From an uncultured Veillonellaceae bacterium (lineage in GTDB: Bacteria > Bacillota > Negativicutes > JARBTT01): a DNA stretch of 64,000 nucleotides. Made by a program: the position numbers and the translations under genes. Location of the stretch: the NCBI GenBank assembly GCA_963805085.1, contig CAWDTA010000002.1, positions 1,824,001 to 1,888,000 on the forward strand. Direction: 5' to 3'. This document shows positions 9,991 to 20,518 of this stretch, piece by piece. Each line of letters starts with the position of its first letter. Positions within the stretch are counted from its first letter, which is position 1. A model generated the notes under the pieces. The model was not told the DNA's origin. It saw only the letters and a list, made by a program, of their open reading frames with translations, and made no database searches.

Positions 9991-11334
9991 ATGAATAAAG
10001 AAAAAGAATCAATGCGAAAAGAAATTTTTACAAAAGTCAAAGAATATTATGAAAAATTTAATGATGTAAATAAATCTCAATATAGTTCTGAACGTATCGC
10101 ATATGCTGGACGTGTATATGACGAACAGGAAATGATAAATCTTACGGATGCGATGCTGGAATTTTGGCTGACGTCTGGAAGATTCACAAAAGAATTTGAA
10201 GCGAAATTTGCTGAATTTCTGCATATAAAATATTGTTCTTTAGTGAATTCTGGTTCTTCAGCTAATTTAGTCGCCTTTATGACTTTGACGTCACCATTGT
10301 TGCGAGAACGACGTATCAATCCTGGGGATGAGGTCATTACAGTAGCCGCCGGATTTCCTACGACAGTTTCGCCTATTGTACAATATGGAGCCATACCTGT
10401 ATTTATAGATGTTTCTATTCCAGAGTATAATATTAAGACTGAACTGCTGGAAGAAGCTTATAGTCCGAACACAAAAGCTGTTTTTCTCGCGCATACATTA
10501 GGTAATCCGTTTGATTTGAAAACTGTTAAAGAATTTTGTGATAGGCATAATTTGTGGTTAATCGAAGATAATTGCGATGCACTGGGTTCTCAATATTATA
10601 TTGATGGTCAATGGCAATATACTGGAACGATTGGCGATATAGGTACTTCCAGTTTTTATCCACCGCATCATATTACTATGGGTGAGGGCGGTGCCGTTTA
10701 TACGAATAATTCGTTGCTTTATAAAATTATTCGTTCAATGAGGGACTGGGGAAGAGATTGTATTTGCCCTTCTGGTGTTGATAACTGTTGTGGTAAACGT
10801 TTTGATGGACAGTACGGAGAATTGCCATATGGTTATGATCATAAGTACGTGTATTCGCATTTTGGATATAATCTAAAAGTTACTGATATGCAGGCAGCTG
10901 TTGGATGTGCACAATTAAATAAATTAGAAGAATTCATACAACGTAGAAAAGAAAACTGGAAATATTTAAGAGACCATTTATCTGTTTTATCTGATCAGTT
11001 AATTTTACCGGAACCAACTGAAAATTCAGTTCCAAGTTGGTTTGGATTTTTGATTACGGTAAAAGATACTTGTCTGGTAAAAAGAGAAGATATCGTAAAA
11101 TGCCTGGAAAATAAAGGTGTCCAGACAAGGATGTTGTTTGCAGGTAATATTGTAAAACATCCTTGTTTTAATGAAATGAGAAAAGATCAAAAGGGTTATA
11201 AAATTGTTGGGAATCTAAATAACACAGATAAAATAATGAATAATACTTTTTGGGTTGGAGTTTATCCGGGTTTAAATGAGTCAAAATTGCAGCGAATTGT
11301 TGATGAAATTATTGCTTGCGTAAATCAGGGGTAA
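9991..11334 (+). CDS. rfbH: CDP-4-keto-6-deoxy-D-glucose 3-dehydratase (E1, RfbH/DdhC)
   Basis: VNSGSSANL, SFYPPHHITMGEGG (His in place of the PLP Lys), RDWGRDCIC...DNCC Fe-S motif, GYDHKYVYSHFGYNLK; start is 9991 (GGAG RBS) or 9976. Confidence 0.93.
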   Translation: MNKEKESMRKEIFTKVKEYYEKFNDVNKSQYSSERIAYAGRVYDEQEMINLTDAMLEFWLTSGRFTKEFEAKFAEFLHIKYCSLVNSGSSANLVAFMTLTSPLLRERRINPGDEVITVAAGFPTTVSPIVQYGAIPVFIDVSIPEYNIKTELLEEAYSPNTKAVFLAHTLGNPFDLKTVKEFCDRHNLWLIEDNCDALGSQYYIDGQWQYTGTIGDIGTSSFYPPHHITMGEGGAVYTNNSLLYKIIRSMRDWGRDCICPSGVDNCCGKRFDGQYGELPYGYDHKYVYSHFGYNLKVTDMQAAVGCAQLNKLEEFIQRRKENWKYLRDHLSVLSDQLILPEPTENSVPSWFGFLITVKDTCLVKREDIVKCLENKGVQTRMLFAGNIVKHPCFNEMRKDQKGYKIVGNLNNTDKIMNNTFWVGVYPGLNESKLQRIVDEIIACVNQG

Positions 11335-11337
11335 TTT

Positions 11338-12399
11338 ATGAATATAGATTTTTGGAAAAATAAAAGAGTATTAATTACGGGTCACACCGGATTTAAGGGA
11401 ACTTGGCTTACTTTGTTGTTAAAAAGATTAGGCGCGATAGTTGCTGGATATGCACTATCACCGGAAAAGGAAAGTTTGTTTGAACAGGCTGAGGTCTTGC
11501 TTGATTATCATTGTGAAGGTGATCTAAGAAATCAAAATCGTTTTGTAGAATTTATGAAAATTGTTCAGCCAGAGATTGTCATACATTTAGGTTCTTATGG
11601 ATTTATTCATGAATCGTTGCAGGATCCGATTAATACATTTTCAACAAATACGGTAGGTCTTGTTAATGTATTAGAAAGTGTTAGAGAGTGTGCGAGTGTA
11701 CGAGCTGTGGTTATTGTGACAAGTGATAAATGTTATGAAAATTTGGAGACTGAGATTCCTTATACAGAAGAGAGTCGTTTGGGTGCGCAGGATCCTTATT
11801 CTGCAAGTAAAGCTTGCCAGGAATTAATCACAAAAAGTTATTGCTTTTCTTACTTCAATTACCAACAAACTCCTTTGGTTGCTACAGCACGTGCAAGTAA
11901 CGTCATTGGAGGCGGCGATGTTAACAAGACTAGGCTTATTCCTCATCTAATAGAAAGATTTTCGAGTGGAGAAACGGCTGTAATCAGAAACCCGGATACT
12001 GTTCGTCCATGGCAATATGTACTTGATGTATTAAATGGATATTTGATATTAGCAGAAAATCTATATAATGGTAAAAGAGAATGCGCATCTGCATTTAATT
12101 TTGGCCCCGATAAATCAAATTTTGTTACAGTGAGATATATTACTAATCAATTATCTGAATTATTTGATTCAGCCCAATATGAAGTTATTCCCAATAAATC
12201 TGGATTAGAGACAAATATTTTAAAGTTGGACAGCTTTAAGGCAAAAAATAGGTTGAAGTGGAATCAATTTTATCAATTGGAAGATGTTTTAAAGTTAGTA
12301 GTTGATTTTAGAAAAAGAGAACTATTAGGAGATAAAGCTAAAAGTATATGCCAAAATCAAATAGAACTATTTTTAATGGAGGCTCATAATGATCAATGA
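11338..12399 (+). CDS. rfbG: CDP-glucose 4,6-dehydratase family (divergent RfbG)
   Basis: FWKNKRVLITGHTGFKGTWL, TSDKCYEN, DPYSASK, RPWQ. Confidence 0.85.
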   Translation: MNIDFWKNKRVLITGHTGFKGTWLTLLLKRLGAIVAGYALSPEKESLFEQAEVLLDYHCEGDLRNQNRFVEFMKIVQPEIVIHLGSYGFIHESLQDPINTFSTNTVGLVNVLESVRECASVRAVVIVTSDKCYENLETEIPYTEESRLGAQDPYSASKACQELITKSYCFSYFNYQQTPLVATARASNVIGGGDVNKTRLIPHLIERFSSGETAVIRNPDTVRPWQYVLDVLNGYLILAENLYNGKRECASAFNFGPDKSNFVTVRYITNQLSELFDSAQYEVIPNKSGLETNILKLDSFKAKNRLKWNQFYQLEDVLKLVVDFRKRELLGDKAKSICQNQIELFLMEAHNDQ

Positions 12400-13201
12400 C
12401 TCGAAAGAATTTGCAAGACTTGTAAGAAGAAAAGTTGCAAAGATACTAAATAAAACAAATGATTCTCATATTGGAGGAGGATATTCTAGTATAGATATTA
12501 TGTCTGTTTTATATACAAAGATATTAGGACTTTCAAAAGAAAATTTAAATGATCCGAATCGTAATGTTTTTATTTTGAGCAAAGGTCACATCGCTGCATC
12601 GATGTATGCCATTCTTGCTTATGCAGAAATCATTTCAATGGGTGATTTAGATAAACATGTTATGAATGGAGAAAATTATGCCGGACATACAAGAAAATAT
12701 GTTGTGCCGGGGATTGAGGCATCGACAGGATCATTAGGGCATGGCTTATCTATAGGAATTGGTATGGCCTATGCCAAACGTTTGCAGGGGGTGGGCGGTA
12801 ATGTTTATGTTTTAATGGGCGATGGAGAATGTAATGAAGGCTCTGTTTGGGAAGCGGCAATGTTTGCGGCGAGATTTCAGTTGTCCAATCTAGCTTTTAT
12901 TGTAGATAGAAATATGCTTCAGTCTTATGGCAGTGATAATCATGTGCTCAATATGGGAGATTTAGCAGCTAAATTTAATGCATTTGGCTGTAATGCTGTG
13001 GATGTTGACGGTCATGATCACGATTCTTTGTATGATGTATTAAGCAATTCTTGTAGGAAAGATCCATGCGCACCTATGGCTATTATTGCTCATACTATTA
13101 AAGGCAAAGGTGTCTCGTTTATGGAGAACCGTTTAGAATGGCATTTTAAATCACCTAATGATGAACAATTGAAAATAGCATTGGAGGAACTAAAAGCATG
13201 A
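12389..13201 (+). CDS. Transketolase, N-terminal (ThDP-binding) subunit
   Basis: SHIGG, LSKGH, STGSLGHGL, GDGECNEG, HTIKGKG. Confidence 0.92.
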   Translation: MINDSKEFARLVRRKVAKILNKTNDSHIGGGYSSIDIMSVLYTKILGLSKENLNDPNRNVFILSKGHIAASMYAILAYAEIISMGDLDKHVMNGENYAGHTRKYVVPGIEASTGSLGHGLSIGIGMAYAKRLQGVGGNVYVLMGDGECNEGSVWEAAMFAARFQLSNLAFIVDRNMLQSYGSDNHVLNMGDLAAKFNAFGCNAVDVDGHDHDSLYDVLSNSCRKDPCAPMAIIAHTIKGKGVSFMENRLEWHFKSPNDEQLKIALEELKA

Positions 13202-14124
13202 GAAAAACATTTGTTAATACATTAACAGAGTTGGCACATCAGGATGATAAAATCATGCTAGTGATTGGAGATACAGGTTTTTCTGTATTTGAGCCTTTCG
13301 AAACTGAATTTAAAGAAAGATTTGTGAATGTTGGAATTGCAGAACAGAATTTTGTTGCTTTTTCAGCCGGACTTGCGGCAATGGGCATGAATGTATTTGC
13401 TTATAATGTAGTATCTTTCATGGTTTTGCGTGCAATGGAGCAAATTATGATAGATGTTTGCTATCAGGAAAATCCAGTAAAGATGGTAGGCGTTGGCGGA
13501 GGTTTTGCCTATGGGGTGGCGGGGCCAACGCATCATTCATTACAAGATATTGCAATGATGCGAACTTTGCCAGGAATGACCATTGTATGTCCGGGAGATC
13601 CAATAGAAATGAAATATACGATGCTGGAAGCAGTAAGGATGAAAACACCAATTTATATAAGAATTGGCAGGAATGTTGATCCCCTGGTACATCAAGCAGA
13701 TAGCGTCGATTTTAAAATCGGAAAAGCAATACGGATGAGAGATGGCAAAGATGGGGTTTTGTTTGCGACTGGAACAATGCTCAAAGATGCTGTTGATGCA
13801 TGCAAAAAACTAGAAGAGAAAAGTTTTCGTATCGCATTATATAGTATGCATACAATTAAACCTTTGGATAAAGAAGTCATAAATAAATATGCTTCAAAGG
13901 GAATTCCGATTTTTACTGTAGAAGAACATAGTATTGTGGGCGGTTTAGGTTCTGCTGTTGCGGAAGTGATTGCAGAAAATAAATTTCAGGTACCATTCAG
14001 ACGATTTGGCGTGCCAGATGTATTTGCTCCGGTTACAGGAACAAGGGAATATTTAAATGCGCTATTTAAAATGGATGCCGATGCTATGGTGAATGGAATT
14101 ATGGAGACATTACAAAATGAATAA
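13198..14124 (+). CDS. Transketolase, C-terminal subunit
   Basis: NVGIAEQ, GPTHHSLQD, TVEEHSIVGGLG; ATGA overlap with the N-terminal subunit gene. Confidence 0.92.
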   Translation: MRKTFVNTLTELAHQDDKIMLVIGDTGFSVFEPFETEFKERFVNVGIAEQNFVAFSAGLAAMGMNVFAYNVVSFMVLRAMEQIMIDVCYQENPVKMVGVGGGFAYGVAGPTHHSLQDIAMMRTLPGMTIVCPGDPIEMKYTMLEAVRMKTPIYIRIGRNVDPLVHQADSVDFKIGKAIRMRDGKDGVLFATGTMLKDAVDACKKLEEKSFRIALYSMHTIKPLDKEVINKYASKGIPIFTVEEHSIVGGLGSAVAEVIAENKFQVPFRRFGVPDVFAPVTGTREYLNALFKMDADAMVNGIMETLQNE

Positions 14125-15334
14125 GACTATCCGGGAAATTTTTACTGATTTTACAGAAAAAAGAAACTCATTAGAATATAGTGTAGATCAGATGAAGTCG
14201 GACTTGGAAGCTTTTATCGATAAAATTGTTTTATATGGAGCAGGTAGCGCTGGAATTGCTTTTCTACAGTATCTGCGTGATATTGGTATTGAGCCAAGAT
14301 ATTTCGTCGATGGAGATCCCCGAAAATGGGGTTGTGTTGTTGAAGGGGTTAAGGTTATAGGCCCTGAGAAAATTATTGGAAATTTATCGGCGGATGCGCT
14401 GGTGATTGTAACAATCAATACGGATGGCAAGAAATATTGCAAAAGCTTTACTGAAGCTTTGCGGCTTGGCGGGCATGAAGGTGTACATAAAACGTTAGAA
14501 AGTGCTGGATGCCGGAATGTGATAGATTATACTTATTTTAGAAGATGTCATGATCTATTTCGTGGCGATCACTATAATTTGCCGTCTTGTTCCGATGTGC
14601 AGATTATGTTGGAGCATAAAAAAGAAATCTCTGATGTATATGAGCTGCTAGCAGATGATATGTCAAAAGACGTTTTTCGAAAGATTCTCTGTTTTCGTCT
14701 TCTTGATGACAGCATTACAATACCTACTTTATCTCAAGATAATCAATATTTTGAATATGATCTATATAAAATGATTGGAACGGAACGATTTATTGATTGC
14801 GGAGCCTATAATGGGATTACATTGAAGACATTTTTGAAAAATAATCATAACCAATTAGGTCAGTATGTTGCACTTGAACCTGATGAAATAAATTTTTCGA
14901 CTTTACAAAATTATGTAAATGATTTGGAAGATTCAATTAAGAATAAAATTAAAATTTTGAAATGTGCTGCACATCAAAAAAAAGGGCAGAAAAGTTTATA
15001 TGCACTGCATGGACCAGGATCATTTTTAACTGATATAGGAAAAAACATTGTAGATACGGACTATATTGATGCGATACTTGATGGTAGCTGTGCCACTATG
15101 ATTAAAATGAATATTGAAGGCTCTGAAAAAATGGCACTACTAGGAGCGAAAGAAACAATCAAGAAATTCAGCCCAGTATTAGCGATTGCTGCTTATCATA
15201 AAACAAGGGATTTGTGGGAAGTTCCCTTGTTGATTCATTCGTTTAATCAGGATTATAAATTTTATTTGCGTTCCTATATGAATCATATTTCATTTTTATT
15301 TTATGCAGTGCCGAAAGGAAGAGGCCATGAATAA
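14117..15334 (+). CDS. FkbM family methyltransferase with N-terminal Rossmann-like domain
   Basis: VLYGAGSAG; FIDCGAYNG, LEPD, IKMNIEGSE, AAYHK. Confidence 0.88.
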   Translation: MNKTIREIFTDFTEKRNSLEYSVDQMKSDLEAFIDKIVLYGAGSAGIAFLQYLRDIGIEPRYFVDGDPRKWGCVVEGVKVIGPEKIIGNLSADALVIVTINTDGKKYCKSFTEALRLGGHEGVHKTLESAGCRNVIDYTYFRRCHDLFRGDHYNLPSCSDVQIMLEHKKEISDVYELLADDMSKDVFRKILCFRLLDDSITIPTLSQDNQYFEYDLYKMIGTERFIDCGAYNGITLKTFLKNNHNQLGQYVALEPDEINFSTLQNYVNDLEDSIKNKIKILKCAAHQKKGQKSLYALHGPGSFLTDIGKNIVDTDYIDAILDGSCATMIKMNIEGSEKMALLGAKETIKKFSPVLAIAAYHKTRDLWEVPLLIHSFNQDYKFYLRSYMNHISFLFYAVPKGRGHE

Positions 15335-16349
15335 ATATCAAGAAACGGTGTGGGCTGACGTCCGAGAATTTATGCCAGACTATGTTGATTGGACAAAATT
15401 AGAACATAAAAATGTATTAATTACGGGGGCTTCTGGCTTAATTGCCTCATATCTTGTTTATATGTTTATGTGCAGAAATAGAGATTATCGGCAGCATATT
15501 CAGATTTATGCGATAATGCGTGATGAATGTAAGGCAAAAGAATGGTTTTCCAATATATGGTTTTGCGAAGAATTTCATCCACTTATACAGGATGTTTGTG
15601 ATGAAGTTGGTGTTGATGTGAAGTTTGATTATATCATTCATGCAGCAAGTCCCGCGAGTAAAAAACTTTATTTGCAATATCCTGTTGATGTATGGCAGGC
15701 GAATGTTGTTGGAACAAATTTGTTATTGAAACGTTGTGTAAGGGATAATGCAATTTTTTTATATGTCAGTAGTGGAATGCTCTATGGTGTTAGTAATGTA
15801 AAAAGATATTTTATTGAAGATGATGCATCTATAAAAGAGATTCCCTTGGAGATGAAAAATGTTTATGTAGATGCAAAAAGGGCAGGTGAATTGTTGTGCT
15901 TGGCTTTTTCGCATCAGTATCAGATTAGTTCTAAAATAGCTCGTATTTTTTCTGTTTTTGGTCCAGGTGAATCGATAAATTCAGATCGCTGTTTTATGGA
16001 TTTTTTGTGTAATGTTCTAAATCAAGAGAGCATCAAACTAAAAGGAGATGGGATGGCGGTTCGGTCTTATTGTTATGTTGCTGATGCAGCAGCAGGATTA
16101 ATTACGTTACTTTTAAATGGAGAAAATGAAACTTATAATATTGGTAGTAAAAATAATGTTTTTTCTATATTAGAGTTGAAAAATATCTTTTCAGAATTTT
16201 TATCATATGGTGAAGTTTTTCAATCGAAAAATATTATTGATTGCAAAGATTATTTTTTACCTGATGTAAGAAAATTAGTAGAACTTGGTTGGCAAGAGAA
16301 AACTAGTATAAGAGAGATTATACAAAAATGTTTAAGGATATATAAGTGA
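15327..16349 (+). CDS. NAD-dependent epimerase/dehydratase (extended SDR)
   Basis: ITGASGLIA, IIHAASPAS, YVDAK (YxxxK), VRSYCYVAD; RBS GAGG before ATG 15327. Confidence 0.88.
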   Translation: MNKYQETVWADVREFMPDYVDWTKLEHKNVLITGASGLIASYLVYMFMCRNRDYRQHIQIYAIMRDECKAKEWFSNIWFCEEFHPLIQDVCDEVGVDVKFDYIIHAASPASKKLYLQYPVDVWQANVVGTNLLLKRCVRDNAIFLYVSSGMLYGVSNVKRYFIEDDASIKEIPLEMKNVYVDAKRAGELLCLAFSHQYQISSKIARIFSVFGPGESINSDRCFMDFLCNVLNQESIKLKGDGMAVRSYCYVADAAAGLITLLLNGENETYNIGSKNNVFSILELKNIFSEFLSYGEVFQSKNIIDCKDYFLPDVRKLVELGWQEKTSIREIIQKCLRIYK

Positions 16350-16468
16350 GGAAGGCGATAGATAAAGATATTTCAGCTGACTATAAGTTATATTTAAGAA
16401 ATCATGAAGGAATGGTAGAATATGTTTTTTATGCGGTTCCTAAGCATAGATTGATAAAAAATATATAG
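16346..16468 (+). pseudogene. 40-codon remnant of a third FkbM methyltransferase (C-terminal tail only)
   Basis: Translates VRKAIDKDISADYKLYLRNHEGMVEYVFYAVPKHRLIKNI*, matching the tails of the neighbouring FkbM genes (DYKFYLRSYMNHISFLFYAVPK; HKFFLRSYMNYMETILYAVPA). Confidence 0.75.
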
Positions 16469-16555
16469 GTTGGCGAATTTCTTTTGAGCTACGATAATGT
16501 AAGTAGCATATAACGAATAGAAATAATAAGAAACTTATTATATGAGGAGAAACGT

Positions 16556-17686
16556 ATGAATGAATTTAGATATTTATTTAGTAGTTTTCACATGAAAGAT
16601 AAATGTTTAATAAACCATTTAAATAAAAAAGTAATGCTTTATGGTGCAGGTTATTGTGGGATGCTTGTAATGGATTTATTAACTAAAAGCAATATTAATC
16701 CAGTGGCTTTTTTAGATAGAGATGCATCAAAGCAAGAACAATTTTTAAATGGGATTCCAATTTATCTGCCTGAGACTATACGTCAAAAAGATAAAGATGT
16801 AATTGTGTTGGTTTGTATGTTTTCAAAAGAAAGTTATATTGATATAAAAAATAACTTATACAGTTTTGGTTTTGAAAATATTCATCATATATTGCAGTAT
16901 AAATGGGATCAAAATTTATTTCGTAATCAATTGCTAATGATTTCACCAGATATTGATTTATTCAGAGAAAATATAAATAATATACAAAAGGTGTATGATT
17001 TATTGCAGGATGAAAAATCAAAGGATACATTAAAAATCATTTTAAAATTTACATTAACTAGTGAAATGGGGAAATCGAGTCATTTACCTATAGGAGAACA
17101 ATACTTTGCTTATGATATTTTTACGAATAAGGTAGATGAGGTCTTTGTGGATTGTGGAACGCACATCGGGTATGTAATGGAGGTGTTCATACAAAAAAGC
17201 AATAAAAGTTTTCAAAAATACATATGTTATGAGCCTGATCCAATAAATGTAGAAGAAATTGTGCAAAAAAGATCAGGATATTCTAAGGAAATTGCTAATA
17301 AAATTGAAATACATAATGTTGCATTATCCGATAGAAATGAAAAGGTATATTTGAAAAATTTTAATCATATGAACTCGGTGATTGTTCCTGATGGAGATAT
17401 TGAGGCAAATACAATTTTATTAGATGAGCATATCGATAAAATTGCTCCAACTTTTATAAAAATTGATGTTGAAGGATTTGAAATGAAATTGCTTACTGGT
17501 GCAATACAGATGTTAAAGAGATATCAGCCAATAGTTGCTGTTGCTATTTATCACAAAGAAAGTGATTTATGGCAAATACCATTTCTTTTAAAGAGAATTT
17601 TGCCAAATCATAAATTCTTTCTAAGAAGTTATATGAATTATATGGAAACCATCTTATATGCAGTACCTGCCACGAGAGCGAGATGA
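16556..17686 (+). CDS. FkbM family methyltransferase with N-terminal Rossmann-like domain
   Basis: MLYGAGYCG; FVDCGTHIG, YEPD, IKIDVEGFE, AIYHK; RBS GAGGAG. Confidence 0.88.
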   Translation: MNEFRYLFSSFHMKDKCLINHLNKKVMLYGAGYCGMLVMDLLTKSNINPVAFLDRDASKQEQFLNGIPIYLPETIRQKDKDVIVLVCMFSKESYIDIKNNLYSFGFENIHHILQYKWDQNLFRNQLLMISPDIDLFRENINNIQKVYDLLQDEKSKDTLKIILKFTLTSEMGKSSHLPIGEQYFAYDIFTNKVDEVFVDCGTHIGYVMEVFIQKSNKSFQKYICYEPDPINVEEIVQKRSGYSKEIANKIEIHNVALSDRNEKVYLKNFNHMNSVIVPDGDIEANTILLDEHIDKIAPTFIKIDVEGFEMKLLTGAIQMLKRYQPIVAVAIYHKESDLWQIPFLLKRILPNHKFFLRSYMNYMETILYAVPATRAR

Positions 17687-17692
17687 GTTAAT

Positions 17693-18664
17693 ATGAAATA
17701 TATTGATTTGAAAACAAGGTTTAAAAATTTGCATTTATCAAAAATAGGTTTAGGAACAGGGCGATTTGGTACAGTTATTTCGGAGCAAGATAGTTTTGAA
17801 ATGCTTGATCAATTCCTGCAAGCAGGAGGGACTGTTATTGATACTGCGCGAAATTATTATGAGTGGGTACAAAATGGAAGAGGTATGAGTGAAAAAACCA
17901 TTGGAAAATGGCTGAGAGAAACGGGAGTAAGAGAAAAGGTTATTTTGTCAACAAAATGCGGTGTACGTAATGAAGGTAAAGAATGGACGTATGACTTGAG
18001 CTATAATACTATTTGCACTGAATTGGAAGAAAGCAAAGAAGCATTAGGAACAGATGAGATTGATATTTATTTACTACACAGAGATGAATTTTCACGAAAC
18101 GTCGAAGAAATTGTTGAAACAATGCATCAATTATATACAGATAATAAAATTGGTGTTATAGGTGTGGGTAATTGGAATATTAAGCGGATTGTTGCGGCAA
18201 ATTTATATGCAAAACAAAATAACCTAACTCCGTTTAAGATTATTCAAACTTGGTGGTCTTTGGCCGAATATACAAAAGAAATGTGGAATGATCCTACAAC
18301 TACCTATATGGATGATGAAACCTACCAATATATGAAGGAAAATGATATATTAGGAATGGCATATACATCACAGGTTAAAGGGTATTTCCAAAAGGCAATA
18401 AATTTCGGGGTGAATAATGTTGATTCATTTTTGCGCCAGAGAATTGAAACTCCGGCAAATTTAAGGAAGGTAGAATACATAAGAAAATATTGCATACAAC
18501 ATGATATAAATCCAACGGCTTTTATTTTAGGATATATTACTTCGAATTCGTTAAATGGGATTTCTTTAATAAGTTGTAATCGTATGGAACAATTAAAAGA
18601 TATTATTGAAAATGCTGACTATGATTTGCCTGAAAATTTTATAAATAAAATTGATCACATTTAA
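17693..18664 (+). CDS. Aldo/keto reductase
   Basis: IGLGT, IDTARNY, SEKTIGKWL, STKCG, IDIYLLHRD. Confidence 0.9.
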   Translation: MKYIDLKTRFKNLHLSKIGLGTGRFGTVISEQDSFEMLDQFLQAGGTVIDTARNYYEWVQNGRGMSEKTIGKWLRETGVREKVILSTKCGVRNEGKEWTYDLSYNTICTELEESKEALGTDEIDIYLLHRDEFSRNVEEIVETMHQLYTDNKIGVIGVGNWNIKRIVAANLYAKQNNLTPFKIIQTWWSLAEYTKEMWNDPTTTYMDDETYQYMKENDILGMAYTSQVKGYFQKAINFGVNNVDSFLRQRIETPANLRKVEYIRKYCIQHDINPTAFILGYITSNSLNGISLISCNRMEQLKDIIENADYDLPENFINKIDHI

Positions 18665-18760
18665 ATTATGAAATTACTCATTCATTGATATAACGAATGA
18701 AGCAAGTAATTATATTTTCGATGTAAAGTCAATATATAGGAATTGCAGGGGTGTGAAATA

Positions 18761-20500
18761 TTGAAAAAACAGACAGTTTCAGAATTTATTTTTAATTTTT
18801 TAGCTGGTAAAGGAATTGATACTGTTTATATGGTATCTGGAAGTTCAGCTATGTGGCTGACGGATGCGTTAAAACGCAATGATCAATTACAGGTGATTTG
18901 TACACATCATGAACAGGCAGCAGCTATGGCAGCGGATGTTTATGGTCGAACCAAAGGTGCTCCGGGAGTGGCGCTTGTTACGATTGGACCGGGGGCAACA
19001 AATGCTATTACCGGCGTTGCAGAAGCATATGTGGATTCATCACCGATGTTTATTATTTCGGGACAGGCATCCTCAAAATTGTTGAAATATGAAATCGAAA
19101 CAGGAATTCGTCAGCATGGCACACAAAGCCTTGAATTGCAACATATTGTTTCGCCGATTACAAAATATTTTTCTGCTGTGCTTGATCCGGACTCTATTCG
19201 TTATCATATGGAAAGGGCTTATTATGAAGCAACGACTGGAAGACCAGGACCAGTGTGGATAGATGTTCCAATTGATATTCAAAATAAGCAGGTACCGGAT
19301 TCAATGGTGAGTTTTGAAGTACCGGAAAAAATGAACCCTGATTTCGACTCAGAATTTGTAAGAATAATAGAGTTACTTGGCAGGGCAAAAAGACCAGTAA
19401 TTTTAGCTGGACATGGGGTGCGCACTGGAAGTGCAGTAGATTTATTGCGAGATTTCGCTGAAAAGCATCGTATTCCGGTTGCAATGTCACGTGGAGGCAT
19501 AGATGTTTTTCCAACTAATAATCGTTTGTTTCTAGGTCGGCCGGGTGCATATGGTGATAGGGCGTCGCATTTTGCACTGCAGCAATCGGATTTATTGTTG
19601 ATATTAGGAAGTAGATTGTCTGTTTCTACGATTGGGTATTATCCTGAGAAGTTGGCTGAATATGCAATAAAGGTTATGGTGGACATTGATGAAAAAGAAC
19701 TAGCGAAAAAGGATGTACCAGTAGATTTAAAATTAAATATGGATGTCAAATTATTTTTAGAAGAATTAAGTAAGGTTGAGTATCAGGCAACCGATACTAG
19801 TGAATGGCTCAAACAATGCAATGCGTGGAAAGAAAAATACCCAAATGTGTTAACTGAATACGCGAATGAAAAACAGCTTAATACGTATTATTTTACACAA
19901 GAATTAGCTAAATTGGTCGATGATGATGCCATAGTTGTTGTAGATACAGGAAGCGTCTGCAATATAGTTTCTCAGTCTTGGATATTAAAAGAAAAGCAAC
20001 GGTATATTATTTCCGGGGGACTATCTTGCATGGGGTTCTGGGCAGGTGCTATGGGGGCTGTACCAAAGAATCATCAGACGATTGCTATTGCGGGTGATGG
20101 TAGTGTACAAATGAATATTCAGGAATTTGCAACATTACAATATAATCAAATGCCTTTAAAATTATTTATTTATAATAACAATGGCTACATGTTGATTCGT
20201 CACAACCAACATAATTATATGAATGATCGTTTTCTGGGTGTCGGACCTGACAGCGGTGTGCAGACTCCTGATTTCTGCGCCGTTGCAAAAGCATATGGAT
20301 TACCGGCAGTGAGAATTACTGCAGAAGATGATATAAAGAAAAAAATTGAGGAGGTTTTGCAAATTGAGGGGCCAGTAATCTGCGAAGTTATGGCAAAAGA
20401 ATTTATGGAAATAATCCCGAGAATCGCTTCTAGAGTGATGCCAGATGGATCATTAAAGGCAGCAGAGTTTGATGATTTATATCCATTTTTAGAAAAATAA
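18761..20500 (+). CDS. ThDP-dependent enzyme, acetolactate synthase/YerE-like
   Basis: HHEQAAAMAA, TIGPGATNA, GRPGPVWIDVP, GDGSVQMNIQE...NNNGY; TTG start after AGGGG. Confidence 0.88.
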   Translation: MKKQTVSEFIFNFLAGKGIDTVYMVSGSSAMWLTDALKRNDQLQVICTHHEQAAAMAADVYGRTKGAPGVALVTIGPGATNAITGVAEAYVDSSPMFIISGQASSKLLKYEIETGIRQHGTQSLELQHIVSPITKYFSAVLDPDSIRYHMERAYYEATTGRPGPVWIDVPIDIQNKQVPDSMVSFEVPEKMNPDFDSEFVRIIELLGRAKRPVILAGHGVRTGSAVDLLRDFAEKHRIPVAMSRGGIDVFPTNNRLFLGRPGAYGDRASHFALQQSDLLLILGSRLSVSTIGYYPEKLAEYAIKVMVDIDEKELAKKDVPVDLKLNMDVKLFLEELSKVEYQATDTSEWLKQCNAWKEKYPNVLTEYANEKQLNTYYFTQELAKLVDDDAIVVVDTGSVCNIVSQSWILKEKQRYIISGGLSCMGFWAGAMGAVPKNHQTIAIAGDGSVQMNIQEFATLQYNQMPLKLFIYNNNGYMLIRHNQHNYMNDRFLGVGPDSGVQTPDFCAVAKAYGLPAVRITAEDDIKKKIEEVLQIEGPVICEVMAKEFMEIIPRIASRVMPDGSLKAAEFDDLYPFLEK

Positions 20501-20518
20501 ATGACAAGGAATATTTTT

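Noticed and set aside
18761-20500. ilvB for branched-chain amino acid synthesis
   Set aside because: No small subunit, ilvC or ilvD nearby; embedded in a sugar-nucleotide operon, so no symbol was assigned
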